Origin: a virus
Length of the DNA stretch: 64,000 nt
Direction: 5' to 3' (one strand)
IMG/VR virus record: IMGVR_UViG_3300025890_000018
A program made the translations under genes and the position numbers. Below, in pieces: positions 8,412 to 16,097 of this stretch (positions are counted from its first letter, which is position 1; each line of letters opens with the position of its first letter). The notes beneath the pieces were generated by a model that saw nothing but the letters and a program-made list of their open reading frames with translations, had not been told where the DNA came from and did no database searches.

Positions 8412-9368
8412 ATGGCACATCAAGTAGAAACAATGGCGTATGCGGGGCAGGTTCCTTGGCATGGTTTAGGTGTACCAGTCAGCAATGACTTAACACCAGT
8501 TCAAATGATGGACAAAGCTGAACTCAATTGGTCAGTCCGTGAAGTCGAATCATTCATTGAGTTTGATGGTAAGCGTATGCCAACAGGTCAAAAGTCTTTG
8601 GTCCGTGAAACAGACGGTAAGATCCTGACTAATGTCGGTGAAAACTGGAATCCAGTTCAGAATGAAAAAGCTTTTGACTTCTTCTCTGAGTTTGTAATGT
8701 CAGGCGATATGGAGATGCATACAGCTGGTTCACTCAAAGGTGGACAGATGGTATGGGCATTGGCTAAAGTCAAGGATTCATTTGAAATTCTTGGTGGTGA
8801 TCGTATCGATTCATACCTTCTTTTCTCGAATCCACATCAGTATGGCAAGTCAATTGACATTCGCTTTACTCCTATCCGTGTGGTATGCAACAACACTCTC
8901 TCTTACTCGCTTGAGTCAAAGACTGATAACTCAGTAAGAGTTGGCCATCGTGTAGAGTTTGATGCATCAAGCGTTAAGAGTGCATTAGGCATTGCAGCAA
9001 AGAAAATGAATACATATAGCGATGTAGCTCAGTTCCTTGCTGGTAAGCGATTCACCAACGACTCTTACATTGAATACCTTAACACAGTATTCCCTCGTAC
9101 TGCAGACAAGCGTGTACAAGGTAAAGGACTCTCTGTTGATACTCTATCACGTAATGCAAAACTTGCATATGATGCATTAGAGACTCAGCCGGGTGCAGAA
9201 TACGGTGAAGGTTCATGGTGGCAAGCATTCAATTCAGTTACCTTTATTACAGATCACGTACAGGGTCGTAATTCAGATAACCGGTTGTATTCATCATGGT
9301 TCGGCGGAAACCAAGTCCGCAAAACAAAAGCACTATCGTCAGCAATTGAATATGCAGAAGTAGCCTAA
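8412..9368 (+). CDS. DUF932-family (phage/plasmid-associated) protein
   Basis: AAGGAG precedes ATG 8412. The N-terminus 'MAHQVETMAYAGQVPWHGLG' and the overall length fit my recollection of the DUF932/TIGR03299-type family. Confidence 0.6.
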   Translation: MAHQVETMAYAGQVPWHGLGVPVSNDLTPVQMMDKAELNWSVREVESFIEFDGKRMPTGQKSLVRETDGKILTNVGENWNPVQNEKAFDFFSEFVMSGDMEMHTAGSLKGGQMVWALAKVKDSFEILGGDRIDSYLLFSNPHQYGKSIDIRFTPIRVVCNNTLSYSLESKTDNSVRVGHRVEFDASSVKSALGIAAKKMNTYSDVAQFLAGKRFTNDSYIEYLNTVFPRTADKRVQGKGLSVDTLSRNAKLAYDALETQPGAEYGEGSWWQAFNSVTFITDHVQGRNSDNRLYSSWFGGNQVRKTKALSSAIEYAEVA

Positions 9369-9382
9369 GGAGGGCTTATATT

Positions 9383-9742
9383 ATGAAAAAAACTGTGATT
9401 AAAAGAACTATTTTTACTATACCTCTACTAAATGTTCCATCTGGTAGGGCATTTAGTGATCGAAAGCATGAAGAAAATTATATACCAACTAAACCTGAAA
9501 AAATGCATGTTGTAACACGTTATGCTAACAAACCTTCACAACTAGCTTTTTATTATGATTTACTTCATAAAATTGGTCCAGATATTAAAGGATCAATCAA
9601 ACATACAAAAGATATTGGTCAATCAATTCCAGTACATGGATGTCCTGAGCAAGTTAGAGAAATAGCATATAGAAAATTTCTAAATTTATCTAGTAAAGGT
9701 TGGGATAGAAAAAACTGGTACTTAGAATTGGAAGCCGCATAA
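9383..9742 (+). CDS. Hypothetical protein
   Basis: A 119-aa ORF with AAGGAGG upstream. Confidence 0.5.
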   Translation: MKKTVIKRTIFTIPLLNVPSGRAFSDRKHEENYIPTKPEKMHVVTRYANKPSQLAFYYDLLHKIGPDIKGSIKHTKDIGQSIPVHGCPEQVREIAYRKFLNLSSKGWDRKNWYLELEAA

Positions 9743-9886
9743 ATGCGAATTTTATTTGGTATCATAATAGTAGTCTCTATGAGTGGTTGTACCGCCATAG
9801 AGACTTCTAGTCAGTTATATCAAATGTGTAAATATCAGAACAAGTGTCCTATAGAAGTAGTTGGCAATTGGTTAGGTGGTGGTTAA
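9743..9886 (+). CDS. Small putative lipoprotein (47 aa)
   Basis: Below the track cutoff. MRILFGIIIVVSMSGCTAIE... has a signal peptide and an 'SMSGC' lipobox-like cysteine. It sits between abutting genes (TAAATG, then the next GTG start). Confidence 0.4.
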   Translation: MRILFGIIIVVSMSGCTAIETSSQLYQMCKYQNKCPIEVVGNWLGGG

Positions 9887-10318
9887 GTGTACCGCGTTAA
9901 AGGATACTTTAGAGATCATACTGTAGTTCGATATTTTATTGATCAGTACGATGCTATAGAGTTTAAAGACATAGTGGATGCTCACTATCCGCTAAAAGTA
10001 ACATATGAAAAAGGAGTTTATCCAGTGAGAACATTTGTAGTTAATGGTTGGAATGCTGTAATGGATGACAAACGAAATCCACTTAGTAATATTCCAGATC
10101 TTCAAGTACGACATCTAGTCATGCAAGTGTTAGCTTGGATGTGGTGTATTGTATTTGCGTTTATCGTTGGTAGTTGGACAGCATTTGGCGTAAGTGTTAT
10201 TGGCCACGTTATTCTACTTGCAGCGATTGCAATTACTGTCGGAACATTTGAAACAGCTAGACGAGCTCCACAATATTTCGGTGGACTTGGTCGAGGTAAT
10301 GGTGGAGAACACGAATGA
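9887..10318 (+). CDS. Membrane protein
   Basis: The C-terminal half has two hydrophobic helices ('VLAWMWCIVFAFIVGSWTAFGVSVIGHVILLAAIAITVG'). GTG start. Confidence 0.5.
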   Translation: MYRVKGYFRDHTVVRYFIDQYDAIEFKDIVDAHYPLKVTYEKGVYPVRTFVVNGWNAVMDDKRNPLSNIPDLQVRHLVMQVLAWMWCIVFAFIVGSWTAFGVSVIGHVILLAAIAITVGTFETARRAPQYFGGLGRGNGGEHE

Positions 10319-10515
10319 GAAGTGTAGATAGAGATGTAAAGGCTATGGCACAGGGTATCGATGCTATTAATAAAGAGATAGATATTTTAAGTGGTAATAT
10401 TAAAATACATAAAGCAGAACGCATGAGACTTGAAAGGTTATCTGCAGTCAAAAGTCAATTGATAGATAATCCTAAAGATTGTGCAAAATTAGTGAAACGA
10501 TACAAGGAAATGTAA
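10315..10515 (+). CDS. Hypothetical protein
   Basis: A 66-aa ORF with ATGA overlap to the upstream gene. Confidence 0.45.
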   Translation: MRSVDRDVKAMAQGIDAINKEIDILSGNIKIHKAERMRLERLSAVKSQLIDNPKDCAKLVKRYKEM

Positions 10516-10516
10516 A

Positions 10517-10708
10517 ATGAACGAAGGCCCTTTGAAATCAGCACTTGACAACTTATCGAGTCAAGGTGTAATTAGACGTGAATTAGTCACGTATAAAATG
10601 AAAAGCGGTAAGATGATTCGTGAAATTATTTGTAGAGAATATCGATCAGATGGAGATTATACTGATCATTCTATTTCTACTCCTCTCAGTGGAGGAAGTA
10701 CAGTATGA
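10517..10708 (+). CDS. Hypothetical protein
   Basis: A 63-aa ORF tightly packed with its neighbours. Confidence 0.45.
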   Translation: MNEGPLKSALDNLSSQGVIRRELVTYKMKSGKMIREIICREYRSDGDYTDHSISTPLSGGSTV

Positions 10709-10875
10709 AAGCGCATAGTATAGAACAAACCGCAGCATGGGCTAAAAGCTGGAACATGAAAGGATTTGAGCATCTATATCCTGAGAATCGTGAGAAAGCT
10801 CGGCAGCAAGGCATTAAACAATACAATGATCGAAAGAGAAACAATGAGTACAAAACTTTGGAAAAAGGTAGGTAA
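10705..10875 (+). CDS. Small hypothetical protein (56 aa)
   Basis: Below the track cutoff. ATG 10705 overlaps the upstream stop (ATGA). MKAHSIEQTAAWAKSWNMKGFEHLYPEN... Confidence 0.35.
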   Translation: MKAHSIEQTAAWAKSWNMKGFEHLYPENREKARQQGIKQYNDRKRNNEYKTLEKGR

Positions 10876-10876
10876 A

Positions 10877-11320
10877 ATGGAACTCGGCAATCCTGTTCTT
10901 ACGACGCTTGTAGGCCTCGTAGTTTTTTATATTGGATTGAAAATGTTTGCAGGTGGCATGAAGTCTATGGGAAACATAGAACACCTTGCATACTTTACAC
11001 ATAGTCCTCTTTGGATGTTTGCAGGTGGAATCATTATGACTCTACTTTGGCAGTCATCTTCTCTATCAACCACGGCAATCATTGGATTGGTTGCATCTGG
11101 TGCAGTACCACTACCGGCAGCGATTGCTGCGGTGCTTGGTGCTAACATTGGAACAACCGGTACGATCTGGCTGGCAGGTGCTCTTGTCTCGGATGGAATG
11201 CCTAAGGGTGATACGTTGCGAATAGCAATGGCTCATACTGGTGTGAATCTTCTGATGGCAATATCATTGTTACCATTTGTTCGACCTATCGCACAATGGA
11301 TAACTAAGGTTACATCATAA
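10877..11320 (+). CDS. Single-repeat Na+/Pi-cotransporter-domain membrane protein (half-size)
   Basis: 'LWQSSSLSTTAIIGLVASGAVPLPAAIAAVLGANIGTTGT' matches the Na/Pi cotransporter repeat signature (QSSS...GANIGTT). It is only about 147 aa, one repeat. ATG 10877 follows the upstream stop, and ATG 10844 is an alternative. Confidence 0.65.
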   Translation: MELGNPVLTTLVGLVVFYIGLKMFAGGMKSMGNIEHLAYFTHSPLWMFAGGIIMTLLWQSSSLSTTAIIGLVASGAVPLPAAIAAVLGANIGTTGTIWLAGALVSDGMPKGDTLRIAMAHTGVNLLMAISLLPFVRPIAQWITKVTS

Positions 11321-11336
11321 TCCTACACCCCAGTAG

Positions 11337-11365
11337 AAAAAGACGGTTAACGCCGTCTTTTTTTG
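11337..11365 (+). terminator. Rho-independent terminator
   Basis: Stem AGACGG/CCGTCT with a 6-nt loop, followed by a T7 run, immediately after the transporter-like gene. Confidence 0.7.
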
Positions 11366-11394
11366 TTTACTTTCTTGTATAAATAGGGTATAAT
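11366..11394 (+). promoter_or_regulatory. Composite promoter: sigma70-type plus an embedded T4-late-type TATAAATA box
   Basis: -35 TTTACT (11366..11371), 17-nt spacer, TATAAT (11389..11394). TATAAATA lies at 11378..11385 inside the spacer. Confidence 0.5.
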
Positions 11395-11414
11395 AAGTCA
11401 AAGTGGAGAAGTAT

Positions 11415-12215
11415 ATGTTACGATTTCGAACATTTGATATGATAAAGGAAATGTCAATGGGTGCAGAATTAGAAATGGATATGGATTTTCTTCGGAGAGC
11501 TGAAAGAGTATCATCGTTTAATTTAATTGAAAAAGACTTTCAGTCAAATACATATCAAAAAGAAATTAGATACTTATACACAAAAAACTTTTTTCCTAAT
11601 TTTGATCAAAAGTTTTTTGTTAAGGCTCCTACTAAAGATGGACTTAACAAAGCTATCACTGCTTTAAAACAAGAAAGCCGAAGAAGCTTTGAAGCATTAC
11701 ATAATTTTCGTCCGGGTGGAACGGGGCCGGCTGAAGTACTTCTTTTCTTTTTAATTGATGGTGCTCAACTAGGTGGTGCCGGTTCTGCAGGAATGGATTT
11801 ATTTGTTAATCGAAAAGGTTATGAGATGAAATCTGTGCATGTATCTACTGATGGATTTATAAAAGATTTTAAGCTAGGTGGTACTGCTAACTTATCTGGA
11901 ATAATAAATGAAAGTATAGCTTTAAAAAGAAAAGCTGATCCTAGAGCATCAAACAAACCGGGTGAAATTAATAAGACACAACAAGACAAGATTGCTAGAA
12001 TGTTTCCAACACAATGGAAAAATATACAAAAGAAATTTCGAAAAGAAGCTGCAGATTATTTTGGAGACACAAATATAATTTTTACTCGTAGTAAATCAAA
12101 TAAAGCTCAAATGGGGAATGTTTTAGGAATAGGAACTGTTCCGGAACGGGCTATAGAAATTGATATGTTTACTAGTGGAACTATTAAACCTCTTATTAGA
12201 GTGAGCGATATGTAA
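11415..12215 (+). CDS. CTS-like N-terminus protein with a possible PD-(D/E)XK nuclease motif
   Basis: GGAG lies 6 nt upstream of ATG 11415. The N-terminus is MLRFRTFDMIKE. 'GPAEVLLFF...GMDLFVNRKGYEMKSV' has an E...D...E-x-K arrangement. Confidence 0.5.
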   Translation: MLRFRTFDMIKEMSMGAELEMDMDFLRRAERVSSFNLIEKDFQSNTYQKEIRYLYTKNFFPNFDQKFFVKAPTKDGLNKAITALKQESRRSFEALHNFRPGGTGPAEVLLFFLIDGAQLGGAGSAGMDLFVNRKGYEMKSVHVSTDGFIKDFKLGGTANLSGIINESIALKRKADPRASNKPGEINKTQQDKIARMFPTQWKNIQKKFRKEAADYFGDTNIIFTRSKSNKAQMGNVLGIGTVPERAIEIDMFTSGTIKPLIRVSDM

Positions 12216-13441
12216 TGAAGTTTGTTGAATATATAACTGAACAAAAGAATACTCATATGACTCATATAGAAGACAAGGTAGTCTACGGTGGAGTCAAAGG
12301 AACTAGAGACGCAATCATGGCATTGCGTTCTTTAAGAGATATGCTAGGAGGCGTACATGATGGAAATGTTAGTGTCAAATGGGATGGTGCTCCTGCTGTG
12401 TTTGCTGGGATCGACCCTAGTGATGGTAGATTCTTCGTGGCGAAAAAGGGGATCTTTAACAAATCTCCCAAAGTATACAAGAGTAATGCTGATATTGATG
12501 CTGATACTAGCGGCGATCTCAGTACAAAGCTTAAGCTCGCTTTACAGTATCTACCCGAGCTAGGAATCAAAGGAGTAGTCCAAGGTGATTTTTTGTATAG
12601 TAAAGCGGATCTTAAAACACAAAAAATCAAAAATAAATCGTATGTTACGTTCCACCCCAATACAATCTTATATGCAGTACCGGCTGGCACGGACATGGCC
12701 GGGGAAATTAAGGCAGCAAAGATTGGAATCGTGTGGCATACGAGCTACACAGGAAACTCATTCGAAGGAATGAAGCAAAGCTTTGGTGTAGATATATCTA
12801 AATTTAAAAAATCAAAGAATGTATGGTCACAAGATGCTATGCTTCGAGATTTAACTCGATATACTATGACACAGCAAGATACAGAAGAAGTAAATGAACA
12901 CCTTAGGAATGCAGGATTTATATTCAATAAGATTGCGGGTAATACACTACGACAACTACAAAATAATAAAATCCTTACACAACTAATTGAGCAACATACT
13001 AATTCATATGTAAGAGCTCAAGCAATGCCGCCTGATCCGGCCAAAAGAGTAGATGCTCTTATAAAATTTATTCAACAGAAGTATAAAAAAGAAATTGATA
13101 AAAGATCTACCGATCAAGGTAAAGATTCACAACGATTAAAACTTGGTGAGATACTAAATTTCTTCTCAAGTAAAAATAAAACAGCACTTAAAAATATCTT
13201 TGAATTACAAAGATCTATAATTCTAGCAAAACTAAAACTTATAAATATACTTAATCAGCTACAGTCTGTAAGGGCTTTCTTAAAAACTAAACGAGGGTTT
13301 AGAACTACGGGCCAAGAAGGATATGTAGCAATTGACAAACTTGGTAGTGATGCAGTGAAAATTGTGGACCGTATGGAGTTCTCATACGCAAACTTTTCAC
13401 CCAATATATTAAAAGGATGGGATACACCAGGAAGGAACTAA
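12215..13441 (+). CDS. CTS-like N-terminus protein with covalent nucleotidyltransferase (ligase-like) motifs
   Basis: The N-terminus is MKFVEYITEQ. 'VSVKWDGAPAVF' resembles motif I (K-x-D-G). 'QEGYVAID...AVKIVDR' resembles motifs IV and V. The spacing between motifs is unusually long. Confidence 0.5.
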   Translation: MKFVEYITEQKNTHMTHIEDKVVYGGVKGTRDAIMALRSLRDMLGGVHDGNVSVKWDGAPAVFAGIDPSDGRFFVAKKGIFNKSPKVYKSNADIDADTSGDLSTKLKLALQYLPELGIKGVVQGDFLYSKADLKTQKIKNKSYVTFHPNTILYAVPAGTDMAGEIKAAKIGIVWHTSYTGNSFEGMKQSFGVDISKFKKSKNVWSQDAMLRDLTRYTMTQQDTEEVNEHLRNAGFIFNKIAGNTLRQLQNNKILTQLIEQHTNSYVRAQAMPPDPAKRVDALIKFIQQKYKKEIDKRSTDQGKDSQRLKLGEILNFFSSKNKTALKNIFELQRSIILAKLKLINILNQLQSVRAFLKTKRGFRTTGQEGYVAIDKLGSDAVKIVDRMEFSYANFSPNILKGWDTPGRN

Positions 13442-13443
13442 CG

Positions 13444-13998
13444 ATGGCAGAAAAACTGCTGCGCTTTAAAGATTTATACACTGTAGAATATCGTCCTGGT
13501 GAGGATGAGCTTACTAATTATCGTGCATACAAACGTAAGAGACATATGTACGAAGCTACAAAAATGATATGTAAAGACTGTGGTGATGAACAAGGTAAGC
13601 CAACGACTGATTGTCCACACGATTGTAGTGGTGGCCCTCACTTTGCTCCACAAAACGACGATGGTAAATCTACAGTTGAAGCTCTGACCCTCCAACAACG
13701 TATGGCTAAATCCCGCCAGCTTAAACGAATGAAAGCCAAGATTAAAATTGGCCGTGACCGTGCTAAACGTAAAATGGCTGACACTAAAAAATTAAGAAGC
13801 AGAGCCCGTAAACAAGCTCGTACATTTATTCTTAAGAAACTTACTAAGGGTAAAGGTAAAAGCGAATTATCATTTGCACGTAGAGCAGAACTAGAAAAAC
13901 GTATGGCTGCTCCTGCTGTAAAGAAAAGAATAGATATGTTCGCTAAGCGTATGTTTAAAGATGTTCGTAAAAAAGAAGTTGAAAGAAAAAAGGGTTAA
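13444..13998 (+). CDS. Basic, Lys/Arg-rich protein with a Cys cluster
   Basis: MAEKLLRFKDLYTVE at the N-terminus. 'CKDCGDEQGKPTTDCPHDC' is a Cys cluster, and the C-terminal half is K/R-rich. ATG 13444 is preferred to 13417. Confidence 0.5.
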   Translation: MAEKLLRFKDLYTVEYRPGEDELTNYRAYKRKRHMYEATKMICKDCGDEQGKPTTDCPHDCSGGPHFAPQNDDGKSTVEALTLQQRMAKSRQLKRMKAKIKIGRDRAKRKMADTKKLRSRARKQARTFILKKLTKGKGKSELSFARRAELEKRMAAPAVKKRIDMFAKRMFKDVRKKEVERKKG

Positions 13999-15221
13999 TG
14001 AGTTATTCGTTTAAAACTTTTCTAGCTGAAGAAGAAAAGCGAGTTTATTTTACTTTCGGTAGAATGAATCCGCCTACTATTGGTCATGGTAAATTACTAG
14101 AAAAGCTAGCAACAATGGCCGGTAATAATCAATATCGAGTTTATCTGTCTCAATCACAAGATAGTAAAGATAATCCATTACAGTATAACGATAAGATAAA
14201 GATTGCACGAAAAATGTTTCCGCGTTATGCACGTCGAATCATGTTAAACAAAAAAATTAAAACAGTATTCGATGCTTTACAATCATTATATGATGAAGGT
14301 TTTGTTAATGTGGTTATGGTTGTAGGTTCTGATCGTGTAAATGAGTTTGATATTCTTATCAAGAAATATAATGGTAAGAAAGCTAAACACGGCTTGTATA
14401 ACTTTCGAAGAATAGATGTTGTTTCTGCAGGCCAAAGAGATCCAGATGCAAAGGGAGCTGAAGGTGCATCTGCAACAAAACAAAGAGATGCTGCAAGGGC
14501 AAATGACTTTACTACATTTAGCCAAGGATTGCCTAGAGTTGTTAATAACTTTGATGCTAAGAAGATATTCAATAGTGTCCGTAAAGGTATGGGACTCAAG
14601 GAACAAAAAGAATTCAAGAATCATATACAATTAGAGCCAGTCAATGAAACAAGAGAATCATATGTAAGTGGTGAGCTCTACAAAGTTGGTGATCAAGTAA
14701 TTATAAAGGATACCGAAGAGATAGCTGAAGTCAAAGTATGTGGTGCAAACTATGTTATTGTAGAAACAGCTAATGGCCAATACCGAAAATGGTTGGAGGC
14801 AATTGAACCTATGGAAGAAGGACTATGGGCAAATATCCGTGCACGTCGTGCAGCAGGCAAGCCAAAGAAAAAACCTGGGCAAAAGGGTTATCCTAAAACT
14901 CTTGATATTGAAAGTGCTGCTTATCATAAGGGTGTATCTAAATCTACATCTGATAAAAGGAAAGCACATTTTAATAAGAATGCTAAAAAGGCTGACAATG
15001 ATGCTTCTGCATATAAACCAGCACCTGGTGATAAGACAGCTAAAACAAAAACAAGTGTGCATACTAAAAGATTCAAACAAATGTTTGGTGAATCTGAAAT
15101 GCAAGCTATAGCAAAAAAGAAAATTGATCGTGAAAAAGAAATCGATAAAATTAAACACGATCGAATGTTAGACCGTGCTCGAACAAGAGATACCACAAAG
15201 AAAAATAAGGAAACAAAATGA
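13998..15221 (+). CDS. Cytidylyltransferase-fold (HxGH) nucleotidyltransferase with a long basic C-terminal extension
   Basis: The N-terminus is MSYSFKTFLAEEE. 'FGRMNPPTIGHGKLL' is an H-x-G-H motif and 'GASATKQRDAA' is ISST-x-x-R-like. The C-terminal roughly 200 aa are K-rich and include 'GLWANIRARRAAGKPKKK'. Confidence 0.65.
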   Translation: MSYSFKTFLAEEEKRVYFTFGRMNPPTIGHGKLLEKLATMAGNNQYRVYLSQSQDSKDNPLQYNDKIKIARKMFPRYARRIMLNKKIKTVFDALQSLYDEGFVNVVMVVGSDRVNEFDILIKKYNGKKAKHGLYNFRRIDVVSAGQRDPDAKGAEGASATKQRDAARANDFTTFSQGLPRVVNNFDAKKIFNSVRKGMGLKEQKEFKNHIQLEPVNETRESYVSGELYKVGDQVIIKDTEEIAEVKVCGANYVIVETANGQYRKWLEAIEPMEEGLWANIRARRAAGKPKKKPGQKGYPKTLDIESAAYHKGVSKSTSDKRKAHFNKNAKKADNDASAYKPAPGDKTAKTKTSVHTKRFKQMFGESEMQAIAKKKIDREKEIDKIKHDRMLDRARTRDTTKKNKETK

Positions 15222-15469
15222 TTAGATTTAGCCAATATCTCTCGGAAGAAGAAAAGAAAGGTTTAGCAGCTAAGGCTGAAAAATCAGGTATGCCGATTGG
15301 TATACTACGTAAAGTCTATAATCGTGGTATGGCAGCATGGAAAACTGGTCATCGGCCAGGGACAACACCACAACAATGGGCTATGGCTCGAGTTAATTCA
15401 TTTACAACTAAATCCTCAGGCACTTGGGGAAAGGCAGACAAAGATCTGGCAGCAAAGGTAAGAGGATAA
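15218..15469 (+). CDS. Small conserved-motif protein with a CTS-like N-terminus
   Basis: The N-terminus is MIRFSQYLSEEE. 'LRKVYNRGMAAWKTGHRPGTTPQQWAMARVNSF' resembles a motif I recall from small viral proteins of unknown function. Confidence 0.55.
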   Translation: MIRFSQYLSEEEKKGLAAKAEKSGMPIGILRKVYNRGMAAWKTGHRPGTTPQQWAMARVNSFTTKSSGTWGKADKDLAAKVRG

Positions 15470-15470
15470 A

Positions 15471-16088
15471 ATGAAGACGTTCCATCAAATCCGAGAAAAA
15501 TTAGGAATGGCCACAGCAGGCGAGCATGAAGATGCAGCGCATGCACATAGAACTGCTTCAAAGCAACCTAAACAAGATTTAAGAGCGGTAAAAGCTCATG
15601 AAAAAGCAGCTGAACACCATGATAATGCCGCTAAGCACCTTAGAAACGGTAATTCATATGCTGCTCAAAATGCACATATCAATGCTAAAAATGAAGCTGA
15701 TAAAGCTAAAGATCACGGCAATGTTCACTCTAGTAGAGCACATGCTGATACACGTGCTATTGGCGAAGGTAAAGCTAATTTGGCGGAGCTTTCACCTGAT
15801 CTATTAACACGATATGCAAAGAAAGCAATACCTCGCCAATTTAAAGCGCAAGACCGGGCCCGTGATTATGGAATGCGCGGTACTGCAAAAGGCGATAAGC
15901 TACAGCACACAGCCGATAAGCGTAAAAAAGGTATTGACAGTGTACGCAAACGGTCAAACCCTAATGACAAGGGCCAATCTAAGACTGGTAGAGCATCAAG
16001 ACCTCATGGTGGAATGCGCCCAGGTAAGGGAAGTCCCTATCAGCAGAAATCTGCTGGTGGATTTAACAGCAAATATTTAGATCAGTAA
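15471..16088 (+). CDS. Basic low-complexity protein with a CTS-like N-terminus
   Basis: The N-terminus is MKTFHQIREK. The protein is rich in K, A and H. Confidence 0.55.
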   Translation: MKTFHQIREKLGMATAGEHEDAAHAHRTASKQPKQDLRAVKAHEKAAEHHDNAAKHLRNGNSYAAQNAHINAKNEADKAKDHGNVHSSRAHADTRAIGEGKANLAELSPDLLTRYAKKAIPRQFKAQDRARDYGMRGTAKGDKLQHTADKRKKGIDSVRKRSNPNDKGQSKTGRASRPHGGMRPGKGSPYQQKSAGGFNSKYLDQ

Positions 16089-16097
16089 GAGGGTAAA

